Assembly: GCA_963754315.1 (NCBI GenBank)
Contig: CAVWFS010000019.1
Coordinates: forward strand, 800,001 to 864,000
Length of the DNA stretch: 64,000 nt
Direction: 5' to 3'
From: an uncultured Candidatus Rokubacteria bacterium
GTDB lineage: Bacteria > Methylomirabilota > Methylomirabilia > Rokubacteriales > CSP1-6
Part shown: piece by piece, positions 38,715 to 50,241 of the stretch
Numbering within the stretch: the stretch's first letter is position 1
Layout of the letters: every line of letters starts with the position of its first letter
Translations under genes and position numbers: made by a program
Notes under the pieces: model-generated
Database searches by the model: none
The model's input: only the letters and a program-made list of their open reading frames with translations
What the model was told of the DNA's origin: nothing

Positions 38715-40079
38715 TCAGGCAGCCGGGGCGCGCCGGGTGTTGGGTCTCCTGTGGCGGCCGCCGCGGCGCGGCCACCGGGGGCGATTCGGCGGCACCGGCG
38801 GCGTGAGCGGCGAATCCTTGAGGTTTCCGATGGAATCGGCAGGGTCGAAGTCGTCGTCAGCCTCGCCCTGGGGCGCGACGATCGTGCTGGGGGCTGCAGG
38901 GGCTGCCTCCTCGGTGGAGACCGGGGTCTCGGCCCGCGCTTCGGTCGGCCCGGTCTCCACATGTGCATCGGCCGGGCTGGGCTCGACGAGGGTGATCGTG
39001 CCCGTGCGGTTCACACTGATCTCTTTGATCCGTCTGAGCCGGGTGATCAACCGGGGCGAGCCGGGAGGTCGGCTGAACCCCCGAGTCTTCAGCGCGTTGG
39101 CCAACGTGTCGATCGTCACCGAGCGTGCCGGCGCGCGGTGAATGAGATCGCGAACGACCGCGATGATCTCGTCGTGAGGCGCCGTATGCGGCTCGCCCGA
39201 TGCCGGCTCGGTTCCGTTACCGCTAGCACTCGAAAGCGGCAATTCTGCCACCACGGGAACCGCGGGCGGAGCCGACACGGTCGGAGCGACCACGCTTGGT
39301 ACAACCACGCTTGGCGCAACCGTGGGCGTGCCTCGAACGGCCTCGTGCCAGCCACGGTGCCGGCCGCGGCGGCGATGCCGGCCGCGCGAATCGGTCGCGG
39401 ACGGCCTGACCGGTTCAGGGGTCGGCTCCGGGCCGGCGGTGGCGCCCACCAAGCCCTGGTACGAGAGCCGGCGGAACGCAATGCCCAGGCTCGCCGCCAC
39501 GTCGCCCACCGCGTCGAATGCCCGATCGTTGGTAACGATCTCAATGATGTCGCCCGGACGGGCAGACGCCAGCCACACGCCGGCGCCGACGGCGATCCGT
39601 AGATCGCTCCAGTCGCGCACGCCTGTGGAAGGAGCGCTGTGCAGGAGCTGGGCACCGTGGCGGGCAAGCAGCCGAGCAGTATCCTGCCCGATCACCTTCC
39701 AGTTGCCGACGGCCACGAAATCCGTGCGCCGTCCGAACCGGTCAACCGCGAGATGATCGATGACCTTGGCGATGTGTTCTGCTCGGCTCGTGTTCTCCAC
39801 GTCAAAGAAGATGGCGCGGCGCCCGACGGGGAATGGCCGCTCCGGCTCGGGCGGCACAGCGCGTGTGGCAAAGTCACGCTCGGGCTCGGCCACGACGATC
39901 TCTGGCTCGAGGACCGGGGTCCCCTGGGGCAGGTAGCTCGACTCGGGGCCCGATTCGAGGACGACCTCCGAGGCGGGCTGCGCGGCAGGGGCTAGAGGTG
40001 GTGTCTTCCTGGCCCTGGAACGGGAACGGCCTCGTTTGGCCGGCCGCCGGGCGACTGTCTTGGTCGGTGTTTTCTTCAC
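38715..40079 (-). CDS. NYN (LabA/DUF88)-domain protein with C-terminal LOTUS/OST-HTH-like domain
   Basis: AIFFDVEN, VGNW, DLRIAV, IVTNDRAF; C-terminal LANALKTRGF..LITRLRRI; low-complexity linkers. GTG start is inferred. Confidence 0.75.
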   Translation of the reverse strand: MKKTPTKTVARRPAKRGRSRSRARKTPPLAPAAQPASEVVLESGPESSYLPQGTPVLEPEIVVAEPERDFATRAVPPEPERPFPVGRRAIFFDVENTSRAEHIAKVIDHLAVDRFGRRTDFVAVGNWKVIGQDTARLLARHGAQLLHSAPSTGVRDWSDLRIAVGAGVWLASARPGDIIEIVTNDRAFDAVGDVAASLGIAFRRLSYQGLVGATAGPEPTPEPVRPSATDSRGRHRRRGRHRGWHEAVRGTPTVAPSVVVPSVVAPTVSAPPAVPVVAELPLSSASGNGTEPASGEPHTAPHDEIIAVVRDLIHRAPARSVTIDTLANALKTRGFSRPPGSPRLITRLRRIKEISVNRTGTITLVEPSPADAHVETGPTEARAETPVSTEEAAPAAPSTIVAPQGEADDDFDPADSIGNLKDSPLTPPVPPNRPRWPRRGGRHRRPNTRRAPAA

Positions 40080-40270
40080 TGGTCTCTCCGGTTGTTTAGG
40101 TCGGCGCACGACGACAGCGGCGACAGCCTCATCGAGGCGGAGGAGGGCAGACGGCGGAGAGCAGTTCTGGCCTGAGCCTTCAATGACTGACTTGTAGCTC
40201 GATGACTGCAGTCGTGAGCGTACCTCCAGCATACCACGCCGTACCGGCGCGCTCGAGGAAACCCTGCCTG

Positions 40271-41239
40271 TCAAGCCAATGGGCTAGCCCTGCCGGGAAT
40301 CCTCCTTCTTGGGGGGGACTGGCTGTCGCCAGCGTCACCCGGCGTCGTCCGGTCGTACCATCCACCGCCGTAGCCCCCCCAACTGCGCTCTTCGCCATGC
40401 CGGAACTGGCCATGGCCTCTCGCGCTTTCTGCGATGCCCCCCGACGTGACGATCAGTCCATCTCGCACCGCGGTCACGCCCGGCACCTTTGCGACCGTCT
40501 CGAGAACAGCCGACCGCTCGGCTTCCGTGCCCACCATACCCGTGAGCGTCAGGGCCCCGTTTTCGCACGCGAGGGAAACGAAGCGTGACCTGGTCGTCGG
40601 ATTGGCCATCAGCGCCGCCTTGGCTTGGGACGTTACGCTCAAGTCCAGCATCGAGCGACGCCCGTCGGGTCGCAACCCGAACCGTTCGTCGGCAAGCGCC
40701 TGCTCAATCATCCGCACGGCAGTGGCCACCGAGAGACGTTCGGTGTTGAGGACGAGGTCGTACAGGGACGGATCGTCCCAATCGACGTGATAGAGGAACC
40801 TGACGCGGGCCGCCCGTTCACGATCGGCCTGCCGGACATAGTCGCTTGCCGCTTCTCGGGTCAGCCCCAGATGGCTCTGAATCCACTCGGCGCGCAGACG
40901 CTGCGGAGCATTGGTTCGCACGCGCAGCACGTGGGGTATACGGCCAAGGACGATGGTCGAAGCGAGGCCCACCAGCACGACGTTGTCCCGGGCCGCTAGC
41001 TCGCAGATGGTGGACTCGATGTAGGTCACGTAGCGCTGCTGGCTGTGGGTGAGCCGCTCCCACAAGGTCGGCTTCTCCAAGGTGGCATGGGTCAGCTCCG
41101 TCACGTCTTCCCCATAGCTCTCGGCCGCCTTCGCGATGATCTCCCGGTCAGCGAACTCGTAACCGAGAGCCGAAGCAACCCCCCGCCCGATCTCCGGACC
41201 CCCGCTGCCCGCGCTTTCCGAAATGGCCACGATGCTCAT
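40271..41239 (-). CDS. Cytidylate kinase-like protein with C-terminal BON domain
   Basis: VAISESAGSGG, VVLVG, DRER..YDLVLNT; then ENGALTLTG..KVPGVTAVRDGL. Confidence 0.85.
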   Translation of the reverse strand: MSIVAISESAGSGGPEIGRGVASALGYEFADREIIAKAAESYGEDVTELTHATLEKPTLWERLTHSQQRYVTYIESTICELAARDNVVLVGLASTIVLGRIPHVLRVRTNAPQRLRAEWIQSHLGLTREAASDYVRQADRERAARVRFLYHVDWDDPSLYDLVLNTERLSVATAVRMIEQALADERFGLRPDGRRSMLDLSVTSQAKAALMANPTTRSRFVSLACENGALTLTGMVGTEAERSAVLETVAKVPGVTAVRDGLIVTSGGIAESARGHGQFRHGEERSWGGYGGGWYDRTTPGDAGDSQSPPRRRIPGRASPLA

Positions 41240-41427
41240 CGCCCACCTCCCCTGGTGACTAGGCCCCAGAAAGCAAAATGCCCCCGCCAGCCGCCGCAGC
41301 GGCCAACGAGGGCATCGTTACGCTAGGAGCATGCTCCGCTCCTTTACTCTCCGAACGTGTCGAGCCTCGAACCTACAGCGAAGTCTAGGCGCACGCCCGG
41401 TCACCCGTCAACCGGGCCCGGCCAGCC

Positions 41428-41850
41428 TTAGTGGTTGTCCCCGCGGTGGGGGCGATGACCGTGGTGCTTGTAGCCGTGCTTGACCTTCCAGTGGCCCGGG
41501 GGCACCCACTTGTGCGTGTGGTAGATGACCGGTCGGGGCTGGACATACACCACCGCCGGCGGCCGGGGCGATGCGTACACGAACGCCGGGGGCGGTACGT
41601 ACACGAACGCCGGGGGCGGCGCATACACGACGGGTGGAGGCGCCACGACCACAGGACGGTGGACCACCACCGGCGCTGGCCGGCCGAAGAAGATGTCGTG
41701 GAGGACCGTCTCGCCCCGCACGAGCTGGTTGAAGACGGCAAACGCCCCAAGCCCCAGCGCCGCATCGGTGGCAGCCCCGGCCCGGGCGGGCTGGGCCGTC
41801 GCCACGAGCGTCGTGCCGCTGACGAGCACTGCCGCGAGCAATTTTTTCAT
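41428..41850 (-). CDS. Exported proline-rich protein
   Basis: Signal peptide ..PARA, repeated VY(A/V)PPP, WVPPGHW, His-rich tail; GGAGG RBS. Confidence 0.75.
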   Translation of the reverse strand: MKKLLAAVLVSGTTLVATAQPARAGAATDAALGLGAFAVFNQLVRGETVLHDIFFGRPAPVVVHRPVVVAPPPVVYAPPPAFVYVPPPAFVYASPRPPAVVYVQPRPVIYHTHKWVPPGHWKVKHGYKHHGHRPHRGDNH

Positions 41851-42026
41851 GGCACCCTCCTATTTCTTCCTGCCCTGCGTTTCTGAGCGACTGCCAATCG
41901 CTGAGTAAGAGACGTTCGAGCATGTCGCGTCCTTTACACGGATCCTCCCTGGTCACGCCACTCATCGATGAGCTTCGCTGGGGCGCTACCCCCTTTCCGC
42001 TCAACCTTGTATGCTGTCGCTCACCT

Positions 42027-43574
42027 ATGCACTGGAAGCCTGAACTCGACGAACTGAAGCGCCGTGAAGCCTTCGCAGACCAGCTCGGCGGCCCGGAGCG
42101 CGTGAAGCGCCAACACGACGGTGGTCGCTTCACGATCCGCGAGCGGATCGAGAAGCTGGCCGACCGAGGAAGCTTCCACGAGATCGGCAAGATTGCGGGG
42201 CTGGCCACCTACGACAGCAAGAACGACCTCGTCAACCTCGTTCCAAGCAATTTCGTGTTCGGGCGGGCCCGACTCGATGGCCGGCCGGTGGTAATCGGCG
42301 GCGACGACTTCACCGTGCGCGGAGGCTCGGCGGACGCGACCATCAAGGAAAAGCATCTGCAGTGCGAGGAGATGGCCCACGAGCTGCGCCTGCCCCTCGT
42401 CCGGCTGGTCGAGGGCTCGGGCGGCGGGGGGTCGGTCAAGACCATCGAGACGACCGGGCGTGCCAACGTGCCCGGTGTGTCGGGCTGGGACACGGTCGTC
42501 GCGAACATGGGAACCGTACCTCGGGTTGCCCTGGGCCTCGGCTCGGTGGCGGGGCTGGGGGCCGCCCACCTGGCCGCCGCCCACTACTCGGTGATGGTCA
42601 AGGATCTCTCGGCTCTGTTCGTGGCCGGGCCCCCGGTGGTAGAGCGCCTGGGTCAGAAGCTGACTAAGAATGAGTTGGGAGGCTGGCAAATCCAGCTGAA
42701 GGCCGGCGCCGTCGACCAGGCCGTAGATTCCGAAGAGGAGGCGTTTGCGTGCGCGCGCCGCTTCCTCTCGTATCTGCCCTCATCGATCTGGGACCTACCG
42801 CCGCGCGGACCCCAGGTCGACGATCCCGAGCGCCGTGAGGCCTGGCTGGTGGACGCCATTCCGCGCGAGTCGCGCAAGGTGTACAAGATGCGCGCGATCG
42901 TCGAAGGTGTCGTGGACAGGGGCTCCTTTTTCGAGATCGCGCCACTCTATGGCCGCTCGGTCATCACCGGTCTCGCACGGCTGGACGGCTGGCCGGTGGC
43001 CGTCATGGCGAGCGACCCCTTCTTCTATGCGGGCGCCTGGACGGCCGATGCCTGCCAGAAGGTCGAACGCTTCGTCGACATCGCGCAGACCTTTCATCTG
43101 CCCATGGTGTACCTGGTCGATTGCCCCGGCTTTCTGATCGGCCGGGAGGCCGAGCAGACCGGAACGATCAAGCAGGGTGTACGGGCCATGGCCGCCATGT
43201 GGCAGACAACCATCCCGTGGTGCGCGATGATCATCCGTAATGTCTTCGGGGTGGCAGGGGCGGCCCATCGGAACGGCGGCCGCTACTGCCTGCGCTACGC
43301 GTGGCCATCCGGGCGCTGGGGATCGCTGCCCCTAGAAGGTGGTATCGAGGCGGCCTATCGTGCCGAGATCGACGCGGCAGCGGATCCCGCCGCCAAGCTT
43401 CGTGAGATCGAGGAGCGGCTGGAGAAGCTGCGCTCTCCCTTCCGGTCGGCGGAGACATTCTGGATCGAGGAGATCATCGACCCGCGCAACACGCGCCCGC
43501 TGCTGTGTGAGTTCGCCAACCTCGCGGCCCCCCTTCGCACACCCGGGTCGTCCCTGCACGCCATGCGGCCGTAG
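42027..43574 (+). CDS. Acyl-CoA carboxylase carboxyltransferase subunit
   Basis: RERIEKLAD, DDFTVRGGS, FVAGPPVV, VDCPGFLIG, IIDPRNTR. Confidence 0.9.
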   Translation: MHWKPELDELKRREAFADQLGGPERVKRQHDGGRFTIRERIEKLADRGSFHEIGKIAGLATYDSKNDLVNLVPSNFVFGRARLDGRPVVIGGDDFTVRGGSADATIKEKHLQCEEMAHELRLPLVRLVEGSGGGGSVKTIETTGRANVPGVSGWDTVVANMGTVPRVALGLGSVAGLGAAHLAAAHYSVMVKDLSALFVAGPPVVERLGQKLTKNELGGWQIQLKAGAVDQAVDSEEEAFACARRFLSYLPSSIWDLPPRGPQVDDPERREAWLVDAIPRESRKVYKMRAIVEGVVDRGSFFEIAPLYGRSVITGLARLDGWPVAVMASDPFFYAGAWTADACQKVERFVDIAQTFHLPMVYLVDCPGFLIGREAEQTGTIKQGVRAMAAMWQTTIPWCAMIIRNVFGVAGAAHRNGGRYCLRYAWPSGRWGSLPLEGGIEAAYRAEIDAAADPAAKLREIEERLEKLRSPFRSAETFWIEEIIDPRNTRPLLCEFANLAAPLRTPGSSLHAMRP

Positions 43575-43592
43575 TAATGCCGTAGGAATAGT

Positions 43593-43664
43593 GAGGGGGC
43601 TCTTCAGTGCCCCCATGCCCGCTTGACCGCTCACGGCGCCCCGGGCTCGAGATCGGGACGCCCC
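43593..43664 (-). repeat. Degenerate copy of the 86-bp-family element between convergent genes
   Basis: GGGGGC..GCCCCC hairpin then TCACGGCGCCCCGGG, a 15-mer identical to the reverse complement of the 12948 copy. Confidence 0.6.
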
Positions 43665-43669
43665 AAGGT

Positions 43670-44341
43670 TCACGAGGCGGGGAGGACCAGGGTGAACTCG
43701 CCGCGGATGGGGGCGGCGGCCAGGCGCGTCAGGTGCTCGGAAGGAATGGCGCTCACGATCTCCTCGAACTGTTTGGTCAGCTCGCGCGCGACGACCAAAG
43801 GCGCTTCCCCAAACACCTCTCGGATGGCCTCCAAGGTCGCCACGATGCGGTGGGGCGACTCGTAGAGGACGAGCGTCGTCTCCAGGTCGCGCAGGGCGCG
43901 CAGCCGGTTCAAACGCCGACCCGGCTTGATCGGAAGAAACCCGTCGAAGGCGAAGCGATCGGCGGGAATGCCGGCTGCCGACAGGGCCGTGATCACCGCC
44001 GACGGTCCCGGGACCGGCACCACAGGAATGCCTGCCGCCCGCGCCTCACGCACCAACAAGAATCCCGGGTCCGAGATGCCCGGCGTCCCCGCATCACTCA
44101 CCAACGCCACCGACTTGCCGTCCGCCAGGAGGTCGAGGAGATACGGCCCCTTGCGCAACTTGTTGTGCTCGAAGTAGCTGGTGGTCGGCGTATGAATGTC
44201 GTGACGCGTCAGCAACGCCCGCGTCCTCCGGGTGTCCTCGCACGCGATCAGGCTCACCTCGCACAGCACGCGCAGAGCCCGCAACGAGATGTCCTCGAGG
44301 TTCCCAAGCGGCGTCGCGACGACATACAAAGTGCCGGACAT
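43670..44341 (-). CDS. rsmI: 16S rRNA (cytidine1402-2'-O)-methyltransferase
   Basis: LYVVATPLGNLEDIS, ACEDTR, SDAGTPGISDPG, YESPHR, RELTK. Confidence 0.95.
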   Translation of the reverse strand: MSGTLYVVATPLGNLEDISLRALRVLCEVSLIACEDTRRTRALLTRHDIHTPTTSYFEHNKLRKGPYLLDLLADGKSVALVSDAGTPGISDPGFLLVREARAAGIPVVPVPGPSAVITALSAAGIPADRFAFDGFLPIKPGRRLNRLRALRDLETTLVLYESPHRIVATLEAIREVFGEAPLVVARELTKQFEEIVSAIPSEHLTRLAAAPIRGEFTLVLPAS

Positions 44342-44350
44342 GGCCGCACG

Positions 44351-44423
44351 CTTTCCGAGCGCGGGCTTCGCCCGCGCAATCCTGGGGGGAGGTTGGGAGG
44401 GGGCCGTCGAGGCCCCCTCCCAG
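44351..44423. repeat. REP-like double hairpin between clpX and rsmI
   Basis: GCGCGGGC-TTC-GCCCGCGC hairpin, G-rich tract, then GGGAGGGGGCC-GTCGA-GGCCCCCTCCC hairpin. Confidence 0.65.
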
Positions 44424-44424
44424 A

Positions 44425-45672
<1,248 letters not shown>

Positions 45673-45694
45673 GCTGCCCCGTTCCTTCGCGTCC

Positions 45695-46327
45695 TTACTG
45701 CTGAACGGCCGCGAGGGCCGCTGCCTCCGTGACCGGCCGCGTGGTCGGCTTCGAGGAGATCACATCGTCGATGATTCTATATTCCTTGGCTTGCTCGGCG
45801 GTCATGAAAAAGTCTCGATCCGTGTCGCGCTGGATCTTCTCCACCGACTGACCCGTGTGATGGACCAGGATGCGGTTCAACTCCTCCCGCATCCGGAGAA
45901 TTTCGCGGGCCTGGATGTCGATGTCGGTGGCCTGTCCCTGCACGCCGCCGAGCGGCTGGTGGATCATGATCCGCGCGTGGGGAAGGGCGAAGCGCTTGCC
46001 CTTGGCTCCTGCCGTGAGGAGGAGGGCGCCCATGGAGGCGGCCTGCCCCATGCAGATGGTGGAGATGGCCGGCTTGACGTACTGCATGGTGTCGTAGATG
46101 GCCATGCCGGCCGTGACCGATCCACCCGGCGAGTTGATGTAGAGGTAAATGTCCTTGTCGGGGTCTTCCGCCTCCAGGAACAGCATCTGGGCGATCACCA
46201 GGTTGGCCAGCTCGTCCTCGATGAAGGTGGGCAGGAAGATGATGCGCTCCTTCAGGAGTCGGGAAAAGATGTCGAACGCGCGCTCGCCGCGCGGTGTCTG
46301 CTCGATGACCATCGGGACCAAAGCCAT
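45695..46327 (-). CDS. clpP: ATP-dependent Clp protease proteolytic subunit
   Basis: [31 protein letters not shown]. Confidence 0.98.
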   Translation of the reverse strand: MALVPMVIEQTPRGERAFDIFSRLLKERIIFLPTFIEDELANLVIAQMLFLEAEDPDKDIYLYINSPGGSVTAGMAIYDTMQYVKPAISTICMGQAASMGALLLTAGAKGKRFALPHARIMIHQPLGGVQGQATDIDIQAREILRMREELNRILVHHTGQSVEKIQRDTDRDFFMTAEQAKEYRIIDDVISSKPTTRPVTEAAALAAVQQ

Positions 46328-46352
46328 GGACCTTCTCCTTCGGTTGTCGACT

Positions 46353-47642
46353 CTACCCACGAGGGTGAACCGTCGCGTGGCGGATCAGGAAGTCGAGCGT
46401 CTGCTGCTCGCGCAGACCCGAGCGCAGGGCGTCCAGATCTCCGCTCTTCTCCATCATACGACGAACGGCGGGGGCGGGGCGACGGCTGGCCGTGGCCAGC
46501 TTCTCGATCTCGGCCTCCACATCGGCCTCGGTGGGCGCAATCGTCTCGGCATCGGAGATGGCCTCGAGCAGGAGCGTACGCCGGACGGCTCGCTCTGCTC
46601 CCGGCCGAAGATCGGTGATCAGCTTGTCGTAGTCCCACTGGATGCGATCGGGATCCACCCCCTGGCGGCGCAGCCGCTCCCGTGTGTGCTCGACCTGGTG
46701 CTGGAGCTGGCGCATCACCATGGCGTCGGGCACCGAGAACTCGTGGCGGGCCAGGAGCGCGTCGACCACCTTGCCCTCCAGGGCCAGCTTGTCCTCCCGC
46801 TCACGACGGCTCTCGAGCTGGCGGCGCACTTCGGCCCGCAGGGCGTCCAGGGTGTCGAACTCGCCGAGCTGCTTGGCGAAGTCGTCGTCCAGGAGGGGGA
46901 GGACCTTTTCTTTGACCTCGGAGAGCTTCACCGTGGCCTGGCCCGACTTGCCGCGCAATTCTTCGCGTCGGTGCTCGGCCGAGAAGCGAACGCCGACCTC
47001 GCGCTCTTCCCCGGCTTGCATGCCGACCACAGCCTGGTCGATCTCGGGCAGCACCGCCCCTTCGCCGATCGGAAAAGCGTAGCCGCTCTCATGGCTCGGC
47101 TCGAGCCCCTCGGGGGCAAGTGTGTAATCGACGATAGCCACGTCACCGGGGGCGGCCGCGCGCTCGACGCTGCGCAGCTCGGCGTGCTGCTCGCGCATCT
47201 GTCCGAGGGTTGTGCCGACGTTATCGTCGGTGACCGGGGTAGGGCCATGCTCGATGTCGAGGTCTTTGTATTCCCCGAGGGTGATGGTGGGCCGGATCTC
47301 CACCACCGCCTTGAAGCTGAGCGGCGTCCCTTCCTCCAGCCGGACGTCACTCAGGTCAGGCTCGTTGACGGGCTCGAGCTTGGCCTCGCTGACGGCCTGT
47401 CGGTACAGATCCGGAATGAGGTGCTCGGCGACCTCGCGTCGGACGTCATCCGCGAAGTGCAGCTTGACCAGCGAGCGCGGCACGTGCCCCTTGCGGAAGC
47501 CGGGCAGGCTCGCCTGCTTCTGGACGCGGGTGTAAGCACGCTCCCACGCCTTGTCCACCACGTCGAGCGGGGCCTCGACGGAAAGGCGCCGCTTGCACGT
47601 CTCCAGCGATTCGACGTCCACCTTCATGGCCGCTTCGGGCAT
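46353..47642 (-). CDS. tig: Trigger factor
   Basis: PGFRKGHVP ribosome-binding motif, FKBP domain, synteny with clpP-clpX. Confidence 0.96.
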   Translation of the reverse strand: MPEAAMKVDVESLETCKRRLSVEAPLDVVDKAWERAYTRVQKQASLPGFRKGHVPRSLVKLHFADDVRREVAEHLIPDLYRQAVSEAKLEPVNEPDLSDVRLEEGTPLSFKAVVEIRPTITLGEYKDLDIEHGPTPVTDDNVGTTLGQMREQHAELRSVERAAAPGDVAIVDYTLAPEGLEPSHESGYAFPIGEGAVLPEIDQAVVGMQAGEEREVGVRFSAEHRREELRGKSGQATVKLSEVKEKVLPLLDDDFAKQLGEFDTLDALRAEVRRQLESRREREDKLALEGKVVDALLARHEFSVPDAMVMRQLQHQVEHTRERLRRQGVDPDRIQWDYDKLITDLRPGAERAVRRTLLLEAISDAETIAPTEADVEAEIEKLATASRRPAPAVRRMMEKSGDLDALRSGLREQQTLDFLIRHATVHPRG

Positions 47643-47654
47643 CGTGTCTCCAGA

Positions 47655-47742
47655 TGGTGCGAGAGGGGGGAGTCGAACCCCCAAGGGCTTTTGGCCCACT
47701 GGATCCTAAGTCCAGCGCGTCTGCCAGTTTCGCCACTCTCGC
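47655..47742 (-). tRNA. tRNA-Leu(TAG)
   Basis: GCGAGAG acceptor stem, CTGGA-CTTAGGA-TCCAG anticodon arm, long variable arm, GGTTCGACTCC, encoded CCA. Confidence 0.97.
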
Positions 47743-47852
47743 GAGGATTTCGCGCGATCGCGTACGCCAGTGAAGCATACCGAGGACGCCTCGGCGCCGC
47801 AAGCCACGTGCGGTATAGACATCCGGCCGGAAGTCGTGGATGCTTGGGTTCT

Positions 47853-48278
47853 ATGAACACCTTGCTGACACTCCTCGCCCTGGTCCTGCTCGCGTCGTCT
47901 GGTTGCTCGTTCTCGGCGTCGTCGGCGGCAAGCTCGGACAGCTCGGCAGCATCGTCGGAGAGCAGTGCGAACTCCTCGGCGAGCAGCTCGCCGGCCAGCA
48001 AGGAAGCGACCTACCGCGACGACGTGCGCGATTACACCGAGGCCTACGTCAAGTCCGGTGGGCAGTTCGACGCCTACCAGAAGCGCCTCGGGGAGCTGGC
48101 CAAGAGGCACGACATCACGAACTGGGAAGACAGCATGGTCACCTATGAGGGTATAGGCGAGGGTCTCGGTCGGGCGAAGGTGAGCACAGTCCAGCTCGAC
48201 ACCTACAAGCAGAATCTGGCCAAAGGTAATCCCCAGAGGATGGCGGCCATCCAGAAGGCGTACGACTCGCAGAAGTAG
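47853..48278 (+). CDS. Putative lipoprotein with Ser-rich linker
   Basis: Hydrophobic signal ending SSGC, Ser/Ala tract, small helical domain. Confidence 0.8.
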   Translation: MNTLLTLLALVLLASSGCSFSASSAASSDSSAASSESSANSSASSSPASKEATYRDDVRDYTEAYVKSGGQFDAYQKRLGELAKRHDITNWEDSMVTYEGIGEGLGRAKVSTVQLDTYKQNLAKGNPQRMAAIQKAYDSQK

Positions 48279-48279
48279 G

Positions 48280-50236
48280 ATGTGGCGCCTGAGCGCGGGG
48301 CTCGCTTTCGCGAGCCTGCTGGGCGCGGTGTCAGCGGGCGCGGGTGTTCAGGCCGAGCCTGCACGGTTCATCGACTATCTCTACGTCGAGTCCAATGAGG
48401 GCGGCTCCAGCGGGGGACATGTTGCCCTGCGCTTCGGAGACCGGATCTTTCATTTTCAATATGCGGGCACCGGCTTCCTGCGCGTGAGCCGGGAGAGTTT
48501 CGAAGGGTTCCGGCGCCACTACACGCTTCTCGAGAATCGGCCGATCCACCTCACACGCATCCCGGTCAGTGCGGAAACCTTCGATCTCGTACACGACTTC
48601 TTCACCCGCCGCCGGATCATTCAGCATGAGCACTTTCAGGTGCTGGGGTCTCTGGAGGGAGACCGCGCGCTGCTGGAGACCTTGCGAGCCGTCGCGCAGG
48701 GCGAGCCTGGCCGCCCGGTCGTCCTGGAAGGAGCTGGCTACTTCTTCGACGATACTGGCTCGCCCCGTGTGATCGAGACGTCACCGAGTATGCTGGCCCT
48801 CCGTGATCGTATCGCCGCTCGGCACGGCCGCGACTTTCTGAGCGGACGTCTGGAGGACGTTCAGCAGCAGATCGAGCGCCTCGACCCCCAGAACATCGAG
48901 CCGCCGAGCCTGGACGTCACGGCCGAGCGGGCACCTGCCCCGGTCTACGGATTCGCGCAACGATACAAGGACGTTCTGCTCGCCGAGCGGGCCCTGGAGG
49001 TGCTCCAGACGGCGCGCCCTCTGCGCCCGGGCAGCTACGTCCAGGCCGGCTTACGCCGATATCGCTCTGCGTGAGGACGAGCGGGAGTTGGTCGGGGATC
49101 TCGCGGAGGCGCTTGCCGCAAGCCTGGTGCGGCTCGTGCGATCCGACCGTCCCGACTGGGGGTCGGCCCTCATGGTCGGCCTGGCTCGTCTGGCCGCGCT
49201 GGAGAAAACCAGGCAATCGGGATCGTGGGTCTTCCTCGAGGTGTTTGAGGTCGATTCGCCCCGCCTGGCGCGGGATCGGCTGGCCAAACAGCCGGGGCTC
49301 GGCCAAGCCTTGCTGCGCGAAGGGCGCGCCGACTTCGAACGTGCCCGCTCCCACCTCCTCCTACGCCATGAGATCGATCCGGGATTCCACGAGATCGCCT
49401 TCGCCGAGCTGGAGGCATCAGGCAATCGCCTCGTCGAGGCTCTGCGGGCGGCTCACGAGGGCCGCGACCTGCGCTTGTGGCGGGGCCGACAGCCGCCCGC
49501 GCGGGCGGCGGGCGTGCGCGATCTGGTGGTTCCGGCGCGACTGCAGGAGGGCCTGAACGAGCGACTCGCGGTGGCCTCAAACCGGGAGACAGAGTACGCG
49601 GCCCGTCTTCAGCGGCTCTATGGGTACCAGCTCCTCACGCGCAACTGCGTGACCGAGATCTTTCGGGAGATCGACCTCGCCTTCGCTCAGGCGCCGGGCG
49701 TCACTACTCGTTCTGGGCTTGCCGCCATCACTCGTGCTGAGCCAGGCACCGATGCGGCGGTTCGCGACGAGTCCATTCGACGGCTGGGCGGACACGTCGA
49801 GATGACGGGATTGCGCTTCATCCCGGCTGTCTCCGCGGACGCGGTGGCGTCGACCTACACCGTGTCCGAGCGGATCGCGATCCCGTCCTACCGCCAGGCC
49901 CGCCTGGCCCGCCTCTATCGCGACGAGCCGTCCCTCCGAGTCTTCCTTCGGGAGTCGAATACCCTGACCTCGACGCTCTATAATCGGAACACAGAGGATT
50001 CGTACTTTTTGTTCTTCACCGACGACACGATCGTGGCTCGTCCGCTGTTCGGGATGCTCAACGTGGCCACAGGCCTAGGCGCCACTCTGGCCGGCGTGGC
50101 CACGCTGCCCTTCGACCGGGGCAAGACACTGTGGGCCGGGCTCAAGGGCATGGTGTTCAGCCTGCCCGAGCTGGTCTTCTTCAACATTCGCAAGGGATCG
50201 TTCGACTACATCGAGGACGATCGGAGGCTAAGATAG
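48280..50236 (+). CDS. Exported/membrane protein with permuted papain-like (His...Cys) motifs, apparent frameshift near 49054
   Basis: Signal peptide, GGHVALRFG, YQLLTRNCVTE, C-terminal hydrophobic segments. The frames join as GL-ADIALREDERELV. Confidence 0.7.
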
Positions 50237-50241
50237 CGGCT

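Noticed and set aside
41540..41670. Short DNA repeats in the proline-rich gene
   Set aside because: In-frame coding repeats (VYxPPPAF), common in this type of protein.
47655..47742. tRNA-Leu as integration site of the downstream island
   Set aside because: Its 3' end faces tig; no integrase or duplicated tRNA 3' end was seen in the window.
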